Below, in pieces: positions 37,424 to 45,692 of a DNA stretch of 64,000 nt. Origin of the DNA: Gemmatimonadota bacterium (GTDB lineage: Bacteria > Gemmatimonadota > Gemmatimonadetes > Gemmatimonadales > GWC2-71-9); NCBI GenBank assembly GCA_036679645.1, contig JAZDCY010000056.1, positions 75,911-139,910 of the forward strand, given 5' to 3'. The translations under genes were made by a program, and so were the position numbers. The notes beneath the pieces are model-generated. The model was not told the origin of the DNA, did not search any database, and saw only the letters and a program-made list of their open reading frames with translations. Every line of letters begins with the position of its first letter. Position 1 is the first letter of the stretch.

Positions 37424-38819
37424 ACGCGCCCTGCGGTGCGCGTTCTCGACACTCCTGCTGTGTACGACATCAGGCGCGGCAACAGCCCAAACTCACGACG
37501 GTTCCGGCAACAGCTATTGGGGAACCATACCACCACCGCACGATTCGGTAAGCGCGGTATTCGCCAGCGGGCCACGCCCCGTCTGGGAAACCGTCTTGCT
37601 CGTCCCATACTGGATCATGGGACTCCCGCTACGACTCCTCGCGGTCGGCGTCGGGGAAGGTGTCGAGTCCCTCGACGAGTCGGGCATTGCCAGTACGGTG
37701 GGTGGCTGGCTGGGTCCACGCACCGGACCGTTCGGGGTCGTCGTCAGCGCGCGGGCCGGCGGATTGAGTGGCGTCGGAGGCGGAGTGGCCGTTGAGCACA
37801 CGGAGCTGTTCAATCGACCGGGTACCGCATTTCGCGGGCGGGTAGCCGGTACGTTCATCGGTGACTTTCGCGCGAGCGGCGCGGTGCGAGTCCCCTTCTC
37901 GGAACGCAGCCTGCTCGACGTGGGCACTGGGTATCGATTTCGCAACAGGGTTCGCTACTTCGGTATCGGGCCCGAGCGCGGCGCTGAGGACGAATCGATA
38001 TTCCGCCAACGTACATGGTGGCTGGGAGGCGAGGTCACCGGCGGCTGGGGAGATCAGATCACCGCGACCGCCAGCCTCGTGTTTACGAGTGTCAAGCCAC
38101 TCGACGCGCGTGAACAGGACCAGAACAGCGACGACCCGCCTATCACCGTACGCTACGCAGACTCCCTGCCACCTGGCTTTGGCGAGACCTCTAACGGCAT
38201 GGCTCTGGGGGCGGAGATCATGCACCAGGACGCGACGGATACTGGTAGGCCGATGAGTGGCGGTATCCGTCGTGCCATAGTCGGCTACTTTCGTGGGACC
38301 GGCGGCGAGACGACCGAGTTCTGGAACGTACGGGGAGAGCTGCAGCAGTTCGTGCCGCTGTGGTATCGACATCACGTACTCGCCCTTCGGCTGGCGACCT
38401 CGTGGATGCAGCAGATTGGCGACGCGCCCATTCCGTTCACTCGCCTCATCTCGAACGACGATCCGGACCTCCTGCGCGGCTTCGACGACTTTCGCTGGCG
38501 CGACCGTGGGCTCGCGGTGCTGTCAGCGGAGTACCGCTGGCCGTTGTGGGCGTATGAGCGTGCGCAAGGTGCGGGCCTCGACTTCTACCTGCTCACAGAT
38601 GTGGGACAGGTCTTCAGCGACTTCGACGACATCCGCGGAGAGAACCTGACATTCTCGTATGGCGCCGGCCTGCGACTCGTCACTGCAGCGGGCTTCGCGC
38701 TGCGCATCGAGTATGCGCTCAGCAACGAGGACGTGGCGTTCCGCCTGCGTGGCGATCAGATCTTCCAGACCTTCCGAGGGGCGCTCTACCATGGACGCGA
38801 ACCGAACCCCGCGCGCTAG
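37404..38819 (+). CDS. Omp85/surface-antigen-like outer-membrane beta-barrel protein
   Basis: Proposed TTG start at 37404 gives (M)HSASSRRALRCAFSTLLLCTTSGAATAQ, a signal peptide. The C-terminus LRGFDDFRWRDRGLAVLSAEYRWPL...LLTDVGQVF...FSYGAGLRLV...ALRIEYA is typical of Omp85-type barrels. The start codon is uncertain. Confidence 0.6.
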   Translation: MHSASSRRALRCAFSTLLLCTTSGAATAQTHDGSGNSYWGTIPPPHDSVSAVFASGPRPVWETVLLVPYWIMGLPLRLLAVGVGEGVESLDESGIASTVGGWLGPRTGPFGVVVSARAGGLSGVGGGVAVEHTELFNRPGTAFRGRVAGTFIGDFRASGAVRVPFSERSLLDVGTGYRFRNRVRYFGIGPERGAEDESIFRQRTWWLGGEVTGGWGDQITATASLVFTSVKPLDAREQDQNSDDPPITVRYADSLPPGFGETSNGMALGAEIMHQDATDTGRPMSGGIRRAIVGYFRGTGGETTEFWNVRGELQQFVPLWYRHHVLALRLATSWMQQIGDAPIPFTRLISNDDPDLLRGFDDFRWRDRGLAVLSAEYRWPLWAYERAQGAGLDFYLLTDVGQVFSDFDDIRGENLTFSYGAGLRLVTAAGFALRIEYALSNEDVAFRLRGDQIFQTFRGALYHGREPNPAR

Positions 38820-40473
38820 GCTCGTCTCGCTGGCTGCGGGCGCGCTCCTGGTTTCCGCTTCGGGAGCGCTGCTCACGCCGTTGCGCGACGCTCCCGTCGC
38901 GTGGTACGCGGATGATATGCGCAACATAGCGGAACCCGCGGAACGCGAGCCGCACATCGTCCGCGCGGCGATCGACGCCACGCTATTCAGGCCGTTCGGT
39001 CGCTTCTTCCATCCCGGGCGGCTTGTCCGTCGGGTCGGTACTGCATTTGGAGGAGATCATGTTCCGGCCGCGGCGAACCTCAATGCGCTGGACGAGGTCC
39101 CGAATTCGAGTTGGTTCACGAATCGCCTCGGGCTCTTCCCGAGCGCTCCCGCCGTCGCCGCGCGGGGCCCAGCGGTGGGTGAAGGTCCATCAGCCCCGTG
39201 GACGGTGATTCGCCCGAAGACGCAAGGTGTGACACCAGGGTTCGATATTCGGGACGCCAACGGACAGGTCTGGGTCATCAAGTTCGACGTTGCAGGATTC
39301 CCCTCGATGTCCACAGCCGCAGGGGTCATCGCGGGGCGGATCTTCCATGCGGCGGGGTACAACGTGCCTGACGATCGGGTCGTAACGTTCACGCGCGACC
39401 AGCTCCAGGTCTCGCCCGATGCCGAGATGCGCGAGGGTGACGACCGCCGTCAAATGACCCATGCCGATCTGGACGAGCTACTGGCGCGCGTGGAGCGCAA
39501 TCCGGACGGGAGCTGGCGCGCTCTCGCGAGCAGGTTCCTTTCCGGTACGCCGGTTGGGCGCTTCGACTGGCGAGGACGGAGGCGAGACGATCCCAACGAT
39601 CGGGTCAACCATGAGAACCGACGTGAGATTCGCGGTCTAGCGGTCTTCGCCGCGTGGCTCTGCCACTACGACACCAAGCAGGGGAACACGCTCGACATGT
39701 ACGTCGAGGAAGATGGGCGTCGCTTCGTCCGTCACTACCTCATCGACTTTGCCTCCACCCTTGGGGCGGGCGGGACCGGTCCCTTCCCCGCCGCCTGCTA
39801 CGAGTACTCATTCGATTTCGGTGCTTCGTTCCTCCGTGTCCTGTCACTGGGCGTCTACCAGGACCCCTGGCGGCGGCTCGAGCGTCCCGAGGGGCTCGAT
39901 GAGATTGGATACTACGAGAGCGAGGTCTTCTCCCCTCGCGGGTTCAAGCCACTCGAGCCGAACGCCGCCTTCGCCAATCTGACGGATCGGGATGGCTATT
40001 GGGCAGCGAAAATCATATCAGCGTTCACGGACGCGCACCTGGAAGCGATGGTTGCGGGGGGACGCTACCGCACGCCGGAGGCGGCGCGTTGGATGCGGCG
40101 CGTGCTGGCAGAGCGGCGCGACGAGATCGTGCGGTACTGGTTCAGCCGGGTACCACCGCTGGATTTCTTCACGTACCATGACGGGACAGTGCGATTTCAC
40201 GATCTCGGGACGAGAAGCGGGATCTTTTCGGGGTCCGAGACGCGTTACCGTCTGAGGGTGGCCTACGCGACGCCGACGCGCGACCTTGGTCCCACGACCG
40301 ACTGGCTCGAACTCGAGCGGACGGAGACGGCGCTCTCGCAGATCGCAATCCCGGGCACCCCGGAGCCGTTCATAGCGATCGAGACCCAGCTCACACGGGG
40401 GGCGCGCTGGAGCCATTCGGTGACCGTGTTCATCGCGGCCGCGAGCGGGCGCGTTGTTGCGCTCGAACGATAG
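38791..40473 (+). CDS. signal/anchor-bearing protein with protein-kinase-like motif set, function unknown
   Basis: ATG at 38791 gives MDANRTPRARLVSLAAGALLVSASGALL. It carries RDANGQVWVIKF (beta3-Lys-like), CHYDTKQGNTL (DxKxxN-like) and HYLIDFASTLG (DFG-like) in canonical order. It overlaps the barrel gene end by 29 nt. Confidence 0.55.
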   Translation: MDANRTPRARLVSLAAGALLVSASGALLTPLRDAPVAWYADDMRNIAEPAEREPHIVRAAIDATLFRPFGRFFHPGRLVRRVGTAFGGDHVPAAANLNALDEVPNSSWFTNRLGLFPSAPAVAARGPAVGEGPSAPWTVIRPKTQGVTPGFDIRDANGQVWVIKFDVAGFPSMSTAAGVIAGRIFHAAGYNVPDDRVVTFTRDQLQVSPDAEMREGDDRRQMTHADLDELLARVERNPDGSWRALASRFLSGTPVGRFDWRGRRRDDPNDRVNHENRREIRGLAVFAAWLCHYDTKQGNTLDMYVEEDGRRFVRHYLIDFASTLGAGGTGPFPAACYEYSFDFGASFLRVLSLGVYQDPWRRLERPEGLDEIGYYESEVFSPRGFKPLEPNAAFANLTDRDGYWAAKIISAFTDAHLEAMVAGGRYRTPEAARWMRRVLAERRDEIVRYWFSRVPPLDFFTYHDGTVRFHDLGTRSGIFSGSETRYRLRVAYATPTRDLGPTTDWLELERTETALSQIAIPGTPEPFIAIETQLTRGARWSHSVTVFIAAASGRVVALER

Positions 40474-40483
40474 GGAGAATCAG

Positions 40484-41980
40484 ATGGCTACGAACGCTTC
40501 GCGGGATGGCCAAGCAAGCGCCGTAGATCGTTTTCTGCGCCTGTTCACAGAGGTGCGGGGCGGCGAGAGCACGACGGCGCTGCTGCTCGCGCTCAATGTT
40601 TTCTTGTTCCTGATGGCCTACTCTGTCATAAAAGTGCTCCGAGAACCCCTCATCCTGGCCGGTGGGGGAGACACGCTGAGCGGCGCCCAGCTCAAGGCGT
40701 ACACGGCCGCCGGCTCGGTGTTGCTGTTGGCGGTCATCGTCCCCCTGTACGGGGAACTCGCCGGCCGCGTTCCCCGGCGCCGTTTGATCAATATCGTAAG
40801 TGCGATATTCGTGCTGGCGCTCGGCGGATTCTTCCTGCTGGCCCAAACCGGTCTTAGCGTCGGGATTCCCTTCTTCATCTTCGTCGCGATCTTCAGCGTG
40901 ATGATCATCGCCCAGTTCTGGGCGTTCGCGAACGACGTCTATACGGAAGAGGAAGGAAAACGCCTCTTCCCCATCGTGGGCTTTGGTATGTCGGCTGGAG
41001 CGATCGCCGGGGTGTCGGTTACAATAGCGCTCGAACCGCTGGGGCTCAACGTGCTCTTTCTCCTCTCGGCCGGGGTGCTCGTCCTGGCTACCGCGATGAC
41101 CAACCTGATCGACCACCGCGAGCGACGCCGCACCGAAGCAACCGTACCGGATGCCATGACGAGTGGATTCCTGCCGGCGGCGACGGGGCAGTTCCGTGCG
41201 GCGACGGGAGAACTCAAGGCCACCGCCGAGAGTGAGGAGTACCAACGTGAGACCGGCACCTTCCGGACGGTCAAGCCCGGACAATCCATCGAGGAGACCG
41301 AGAAGGAACAGATCGAAAGCACCGCGGGCGCCTTCGCCCTGGTCTTCCGCAACCGGTACCTGCTCCTCATAGCACTCCTGGTCATGCTACTGAACTGGGT
41401 CAACACGAACGGGGGGTTCTTCCTGGATGACTTCATCACGCGGAGCGCGGAAGCGACCGTGGCCGACAATCCCCAAAGCGACCTCAGCACGGGTGAAATC
41501 ATAGGTTCGTTCTACGCACGATTCTATTTGGTCGTGAACATCGCCACGCTCTTGATCCAGGGCTTTGCGGTATCGCGCATCATCAAGTACTTCGGTGCAC
41601 GAGGAGCGATCCTCTTTCTGCCGATCATCGCGCTTGGCGCGTACACGCTCGTGGCCTTCATCCCAGTGCTGGCCGTCGCACGGTGGGCCAAGACCGCGGA
41701 GAACAGTATCGATTACTCACTCAACAACACGGTGCGCAACGTGCTGTTCCTGCCGACGACGCGGGAGGAGAAGTACAAGGGCAAGCAGGTCACGGACGCC
41801 TTCTCCCAGCGCGCCGGCGATGTCCTGAGCTCCGCGACGGTGTTCGTGCTGACGGGCCTGCTGGGCTTTGGAGGAATCGCCCTCGTGTACCTCAACATCC
41901 CGCTGGTGATCATCTGGCTGATCATCGCGGTGGCACTCGGGCGCCGGTACGGACGCCTCGCGGCCGCAACGGGGACCTAG
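40484..41980 (+). CDS. TLC-family (ATP/ADP-translocase-like, Npt-type) transporter
   Basis: ATG at 40484 follows AGGGAGA. About 12 TM. The motif QFWAFANDVYTEEEGKRLFPIVGFGMSAG is typical of TLC/NTT proteins. Confidence 0.8.
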   Translation: MATNASRDGQASAVDRFLRLFTEVRGGESTTALLLALNVFLFLMAYSVIKVLREPLILAGGGDTLSGAQLKAYTAAGSVLLLAVIVPLYGELAGRVPRRRLINIVSAIFVLALGGFFLLAQTGLSVGIPFFIFVAIFSVMIIAQFWAFANDVYTEEEGKRLFPIVGFGMSAGAIAGVSVTIALEPLGLNVLFLLSAGVLVLATAMTNLIDHRERRRTEATVPDAMTSGFLPAATGQFRAATGELKATAESEEYQRETGTFRTVKPGQSIEETEKEQIESTAGAFALVFRNRYLLLIALLVMLLNWVNTNGGFFLDDFITRSAEATVADNPQSDLSTGEIIGSFYARFYLVVNIATLLIQGFAVSRIIKYFGARGAILFLPIIALGAYTLVAFIPVLAVARWAKTAENSIDYSLNNTVRNVLFLPTTREEKYKGKQVTDAFSQRAGDVLSSATVFVLTGLLGFGGIALVYLNIPLVIIWLIIAVALGRRYGRLAAATGT

Positions 41981-44262
41981 TCGGCCTCGGACCGCCGTTT
42001 CTTGCGGAGTGCCTCGAGGTCTATCACGATCGAGGCGTTCGACTGCAGCAGGTCATTCAACACCGTATCGGCCGAACGGCGTTCGGTGGTCTGCTTCCGC
42101 GTATCCTCGAGAAACGGCCACAGGGCCTTGCGAATTTCATCCGGCAGCGCACTCTCCAGGTATTCGAGCGCGGTGCCGCGGAGGTGCGCGTCTTCCGTAT
42201 GCAGGCCCCGGAACGCGATCTTGAGCGGCTGACGGGGCAAGACGAGCGCAAGCATCGTAAACACGTGCTCGAGGCTGCGATTCGCTCGCTGTCGCAGCAT
42301 CTCATCCATGACCGGAGACCAGGACTCGTCTTCCATCTGATCCAGGATGCGATGGCTCTTCCACACCCCCTGATCGACGGCAACCTCACTGAGCACCGCC
42401 TCCTCCACCCGTTGCCGGCTGATGACCAGCTTGGGATTCCGATCCAGGAGGCGTGACAGAGCGCGGCCACAGCGGTACCTCACCTCGAAGCGCGAGTCGC
42501 GCAGCGCGCTCAGAAGCCCATCCACGGCGCGCCGATTGGGGCATGACGCGAGGACGAGCGGAAGCCGCCGCCGCACGGCGAAGTCCTCATCGGGATCGAG
42601 CAGCCGATCGCACAATTGCCCGGTCGCGCGTGGTGCGACGTCGCGCAGGGTCGCAATAACGTCCTGAGCCACAGCGTCCCACGCGAGTAGCGGCACCGCA
42701 TATGCGACGAGTGAGAGCGGGAACGGGCGGGTCGCGAGCACTCTGCGAACCGCGGTCGCGTCGCGAGACCGCAACTCGCCGATCTGCGCGAATTCCGGCG
42801 TGAGGGTGACCGCCGACGGCGAGGACCGCGCCGGCACCGCCGGCCGCTGCGCAGATGCGCGGACCTCTTTCAATGCCGGTCCGCTCGTATCGAATAGCGT
42901 CATACCCAACGCCCCGGCCGTCTGCAGCAATGCCGTGCGGGTAGCCGCCTCGCGCGCCTCAGCGAGATCCAACTGCCCTGCGCGCGATAGAAGACTCCGT
43001 TCCAGGGCCTTCACGTAACCGCGCTGCAGACGAATGGCGAGCATGGCACCAACGAGTGACACGGCGATCGTGAGTCCCAACAGGACTCCGGTCACCGCGC
43101 CGACCGCGACCGCGACGATGGTAACCTGAACGATCGCGCCCCCGATCACATCTCCGAGCCGAACCGCGCCGACGTCTACCAATACCTTGGTCGCGCGTTT
43201 CTGGCGCGGGGCGAGCGGAGCGAACAGCATCTCGTAGCCGGCTCGGTATAGCCCGTTCCGCATCACAGACTCGGCGCCCCGGACACCGATGATCATGCCG
43301 AGCCGGGGCGCGACGAGCGCAGCCGCTCCACCGAGCGCTATGGTTGAGGGAAGGAGAGCAACCGTACGCCCGAGTCCCAACCGCTCCAGCGACAGGCGAC
43401 TTCCGACCGCCTGCACGATCACCGTGAGAAGGGCGACGCCGGTATAGAACACCGCAAAGAAACGCAGCAGGGATTCCCCACTGCCGAACGACGCGGTCGC
43501 GCGCGCCTTGAACACGTAGTCGATGAGTCCTTCGCCAATCGTCGTGACGAGTACGAGTGCGACCAGACCACGCAGGTATCCTGTTCGAGCCAGGAGCTTG
43601 ACGCCGGCGAACGTGCTCTTCTCGGTGCGGGCTCCTGCGCGTACCGCGACACCGCCGCCGCGACGCACTCCTAGGACCGTTACCGCACACAGGACGTGCA
43701 GTGCGGCGAGGATTGGAAGCATGGCGGTTATCGAAAGGAGCGCAGCGGATCGTTCGGCGAGAATTCCCCCAAGCAGCCCACCAACGGTACCACCCGCCGC
43801 TATCCGTCCGATCTGACGTTTCGCCGTACGCGGGTCGAAGCGCTCGCTCACGATCGACCAGAAACCGGAGATCAGGACCGCACCGAGACCGGAGAAGTGG
43901 AAGTACACGGCAACCGCGACCGGCCGGCGGAAGGTATCCACGAACATCCACTCCGTGAGGAGCAGCGCACCGCTCACCAGGAACGCCAGCGGGACCACCC
44001 GTGCCGGGCCGAGCGTCATCAGGACGCGCGTCGTGCCAAACGCGAGCAACACCGACACCACCGCCGCGGCCATGACCATCGCCGGCAACGCCGAGATATC
44101 GAAGCTCGACAGGAACAGCGCGTCACGAGTCGCCTTGGCTGCCATCTGGAAGGCGATCATGACGGTGGCCGTCAGCGTCGCAGCAAAAACCGCGGAACGG
44201 AGATCCCGATCAGCGGTGATGGTCAGGCTCCGATGGGGCAGGTGTGAGGGTGACAGGCACAC
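41977..44262 (-). CDS. TLC-like transporter fused to a C-terminal HEAT-repeat domain
   Basis: 761 aa. The N-terminal multi-TM half has GFWSIVSERFDPRTAKRQIGRIAAGGTVGG, paralogous to the neighbouring transporter. The C-terminal ~300 aa have HEAT-like repeats (RRLPLVLASCPNRRAVDGLLSALRDSRFEVRYRCGRALSRL). The exact start is uncertain, because the first 53 nt overlap the upstream remnant ORF. Confidence 0.75.
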   Translation of the reverse strand: MCLSPSHLPHRSLTITADRDLRSAVFAATLTATVMIAFQMAAKATRDALFLSSFDISALPAMVMAAAVVSVLLAFGTTRVLMTLGPARVVPLAFLVSGALLLTEWMFVDTFRRPVAVAVYFHFSGLGAVLISGFWSIVSERFDPRTAKRQIGRIAAGGTVGGLLGGILAERSAALLSITAMLPILAALHVLCAVTVLGVRRGGGVAVRAGARTEKSTFAGVKLLARTGYLRGLVALVLVTTIGEGLIDYVFKARATASFGSGESLLRFFAVFYTGVALLTVIVQAVGSRLSLERLGLGRTVALLPSTIALGGAAALVAPRLGMIIGVRGAESVMRNGLYRAGYEMLFAPLAPRQKRATKVLVDVGAVRLGDVIGGAIVQVTIVAVAVGAVTGVLLGLTIAVSLVGAMLAIRLQRGYVKALERSLLSRAGQLDLAEAREAATRTALLQTAGALGMTLFDTSGPALKEVRASAQRPAVPARSSPSAVTLTPEFAQIGELRSRDATAVRRVLATRPFPLSLVAYAVPLLAWDAVAQDVIATLRDVAPRATGQLCDRLLDPDEDFAVRRRLPLVLASCPNRRAVDGLLSALRDSRFEVRYRCGRALSRLLDRNPKLVISRQRVEEAVLSEVAVDQGVWKSHRILDQMEDESWSPVMDEMLRQRANRSLEHVFTMLALVLPRQPLKIAFRGLHTEDAHLRGTALEYLESALPDEIRKALWPFLEDTRKQTTERRSADTVLNDLLQSNASIVIDLEALRKKRRSEAD

Positions 44263-44566
44263 CGGCGCGCACGTCTAGCGCCAACGCGGCCGATCCATCA
44301 CGCACGGCAATCTCGACGGTGCCGTTAGATCCGACGAAGGCCAGCAATGCCCCGACCACCAGATGAACCGTCCCTTTGGAAAACCGTTGCCAACTGCGCG
44401 CCAAGAGGTACGTAGCCGAAGACACATCACCCAGCGAGAGATCATGCGTAATGTCTACGAAGCGGATCGTGGGATCGATGCCGAGCATGGCGGCCTTCAT
44501 CTCGGCCACGTAGGCATCGGCGGTGCCGAAATAAGTGAGGAGGGTGACGAGCGGCACTCCGCTCAA
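44210..44566 (-). pseudogene. internally deleted remnant of a SAM hydroxide adenosyltransferase (DUF62) family gene
   Basis: 118 aa. The family N-terminus (VTLLTYFGTADAYVAEMKAAMLGIDPTIRFVDITHDL...GTVHLVV) joins directly to the family C-terminus (GALLAFVGSNGTVEIAVRDGSAALALDVRAGVPVTL). Full-length members are more than twice this size (from memory). Confidence 0.6.
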
Positions 44567-44570
44567 CGGA

Positions 44571-45683
44571 TCACCCCGTCACAATGGGGAGGGAGATCGA
44601 GCGGCCCGCCTTCTTCTTCACCGCTCGCGCCATCTCGAGCAATGCCACCGCAGCGGCAGATTCGGGTTCCGCCACGACAATGGGTGTCCCGCTGTCGCCA
44701 AGGTTTGGCAAGCCAGCCTGCAGCGGAATCTGCCCCAGGAGGGGTACACCAACTTCCCGGGCAAGGCGCTCGCCGCCACCCGAGAGAAAGATCTCGGTAC
44801 GTTCTCCACAGTGGGGGCACGCGAAGTAGCTCATGTTCTCCACGATCCCCAACACGGGCACGCCAACGCGATCGAACATCTTCGCGCTGCGCAACGCGTC
44901 ACCGATTGCAACCTCCTGCGGGGTCGTGACGATGACCGCCCCGGTGAGCTGGATCGCCTGCGCCAGTGAGAGCTGCGCATCGCCCGTACCAGGCGGCATG
45001 TCGACGATCAGGTAGTCGAGCACGCCCCATAGCACGTCGCGCAGAAACTGCTGGATCACCTTCGTAATGATGGGACCGCGCCAGATTGCCGGCTGGTCGC
45101 GCTCAATCAGTAGTCCCAACGAAATAAGCTTCAGGCCGTGCGCCTCGAGCGGCACGATCTTGTCGCCCGACACGACGGGACGCTCGGTTACACCAAACAT
45201 GCGTGGGATATTCGGGCCGTAGACGTCTGCGTCCATCAGGCCGACCGTGGAGCCGGCGGCGGCGAGCGCAGTGGCCAGGTTCGCCGCGATGGTCGATTTA
45301 CCGACACCGCCCTTGCCAGACGACACCGCGATGATCTTGCCCAGGTCGCCAGCCTCGGCCGGCTGCGGCCCCGCCGGCTGGGCCGGCCCCGGTCCCGCAA
45401 CGGGCTGAGCGCCGCTAGGTGGCGCCGGTGCCGCCGCCCCCTGCGGCTCAACCACGTCTATCCGAACGGCGGTGACGCCATCGACCTGCTGCACCGCACG
45501 CCTGGCCTCCCGCACGAGCGACGCGGGCTCCTCGCGCCCCAAGGCGAACGTGAACGACACGACCCCATCGTCGGAGACGCTGAGCTGTTGCACCATCCCC
45601 GCCGAGATGACGTCGTTGTTGACGCGCTGGCTGCGAACGTTGGTCAGGGCGCCAGCGACGCGGGCCTCGAGAGTGTTTGGCAT
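44571..45683 (-). CDS. apbC: Mrp/ApbC-family Fe-S cluster carrier ATPase
   Basis: 370 aa. N-terminal DUF59-like region, deviant Walker A IAVSSGKGGVGKST, and a CPHCG motif. Confidence 0.9.
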   Translation of the reverse strand: MPNTLEARVAGALTNVRSQRVNNDVISAGMVQQLSVSDDGVVSFTFALGREEPASLVREARRAVQQVDGVTAVRIDVVEPQGAAAPAPPSGAQPVAGPGPAQPAGPQPAEAGDLGKIIAVSSGKGGVGKSTIAANLATALAAAGSTVGLMDADVYGPNIPRMFGVTERPVVSGDKIVPLEAHGLKLISLGLLIERDQPAIWRGPIITKVIQQFLRDVLWGVLDYLIVDMPPGTGDAQLSLAQAIQLTGAVIVTTPQEVAIGDALRSAKMFDRVGVPVLGIVENMSYFACPHCGERTEIFLSGGGERLAREVGVPLLGQIPLQAGLPNLGDSGTPIVVAEPESAAAVALLEMARAVKKKAGRSISLPIVTG

Positions 45684-45692
45684 GAGGCTAAT

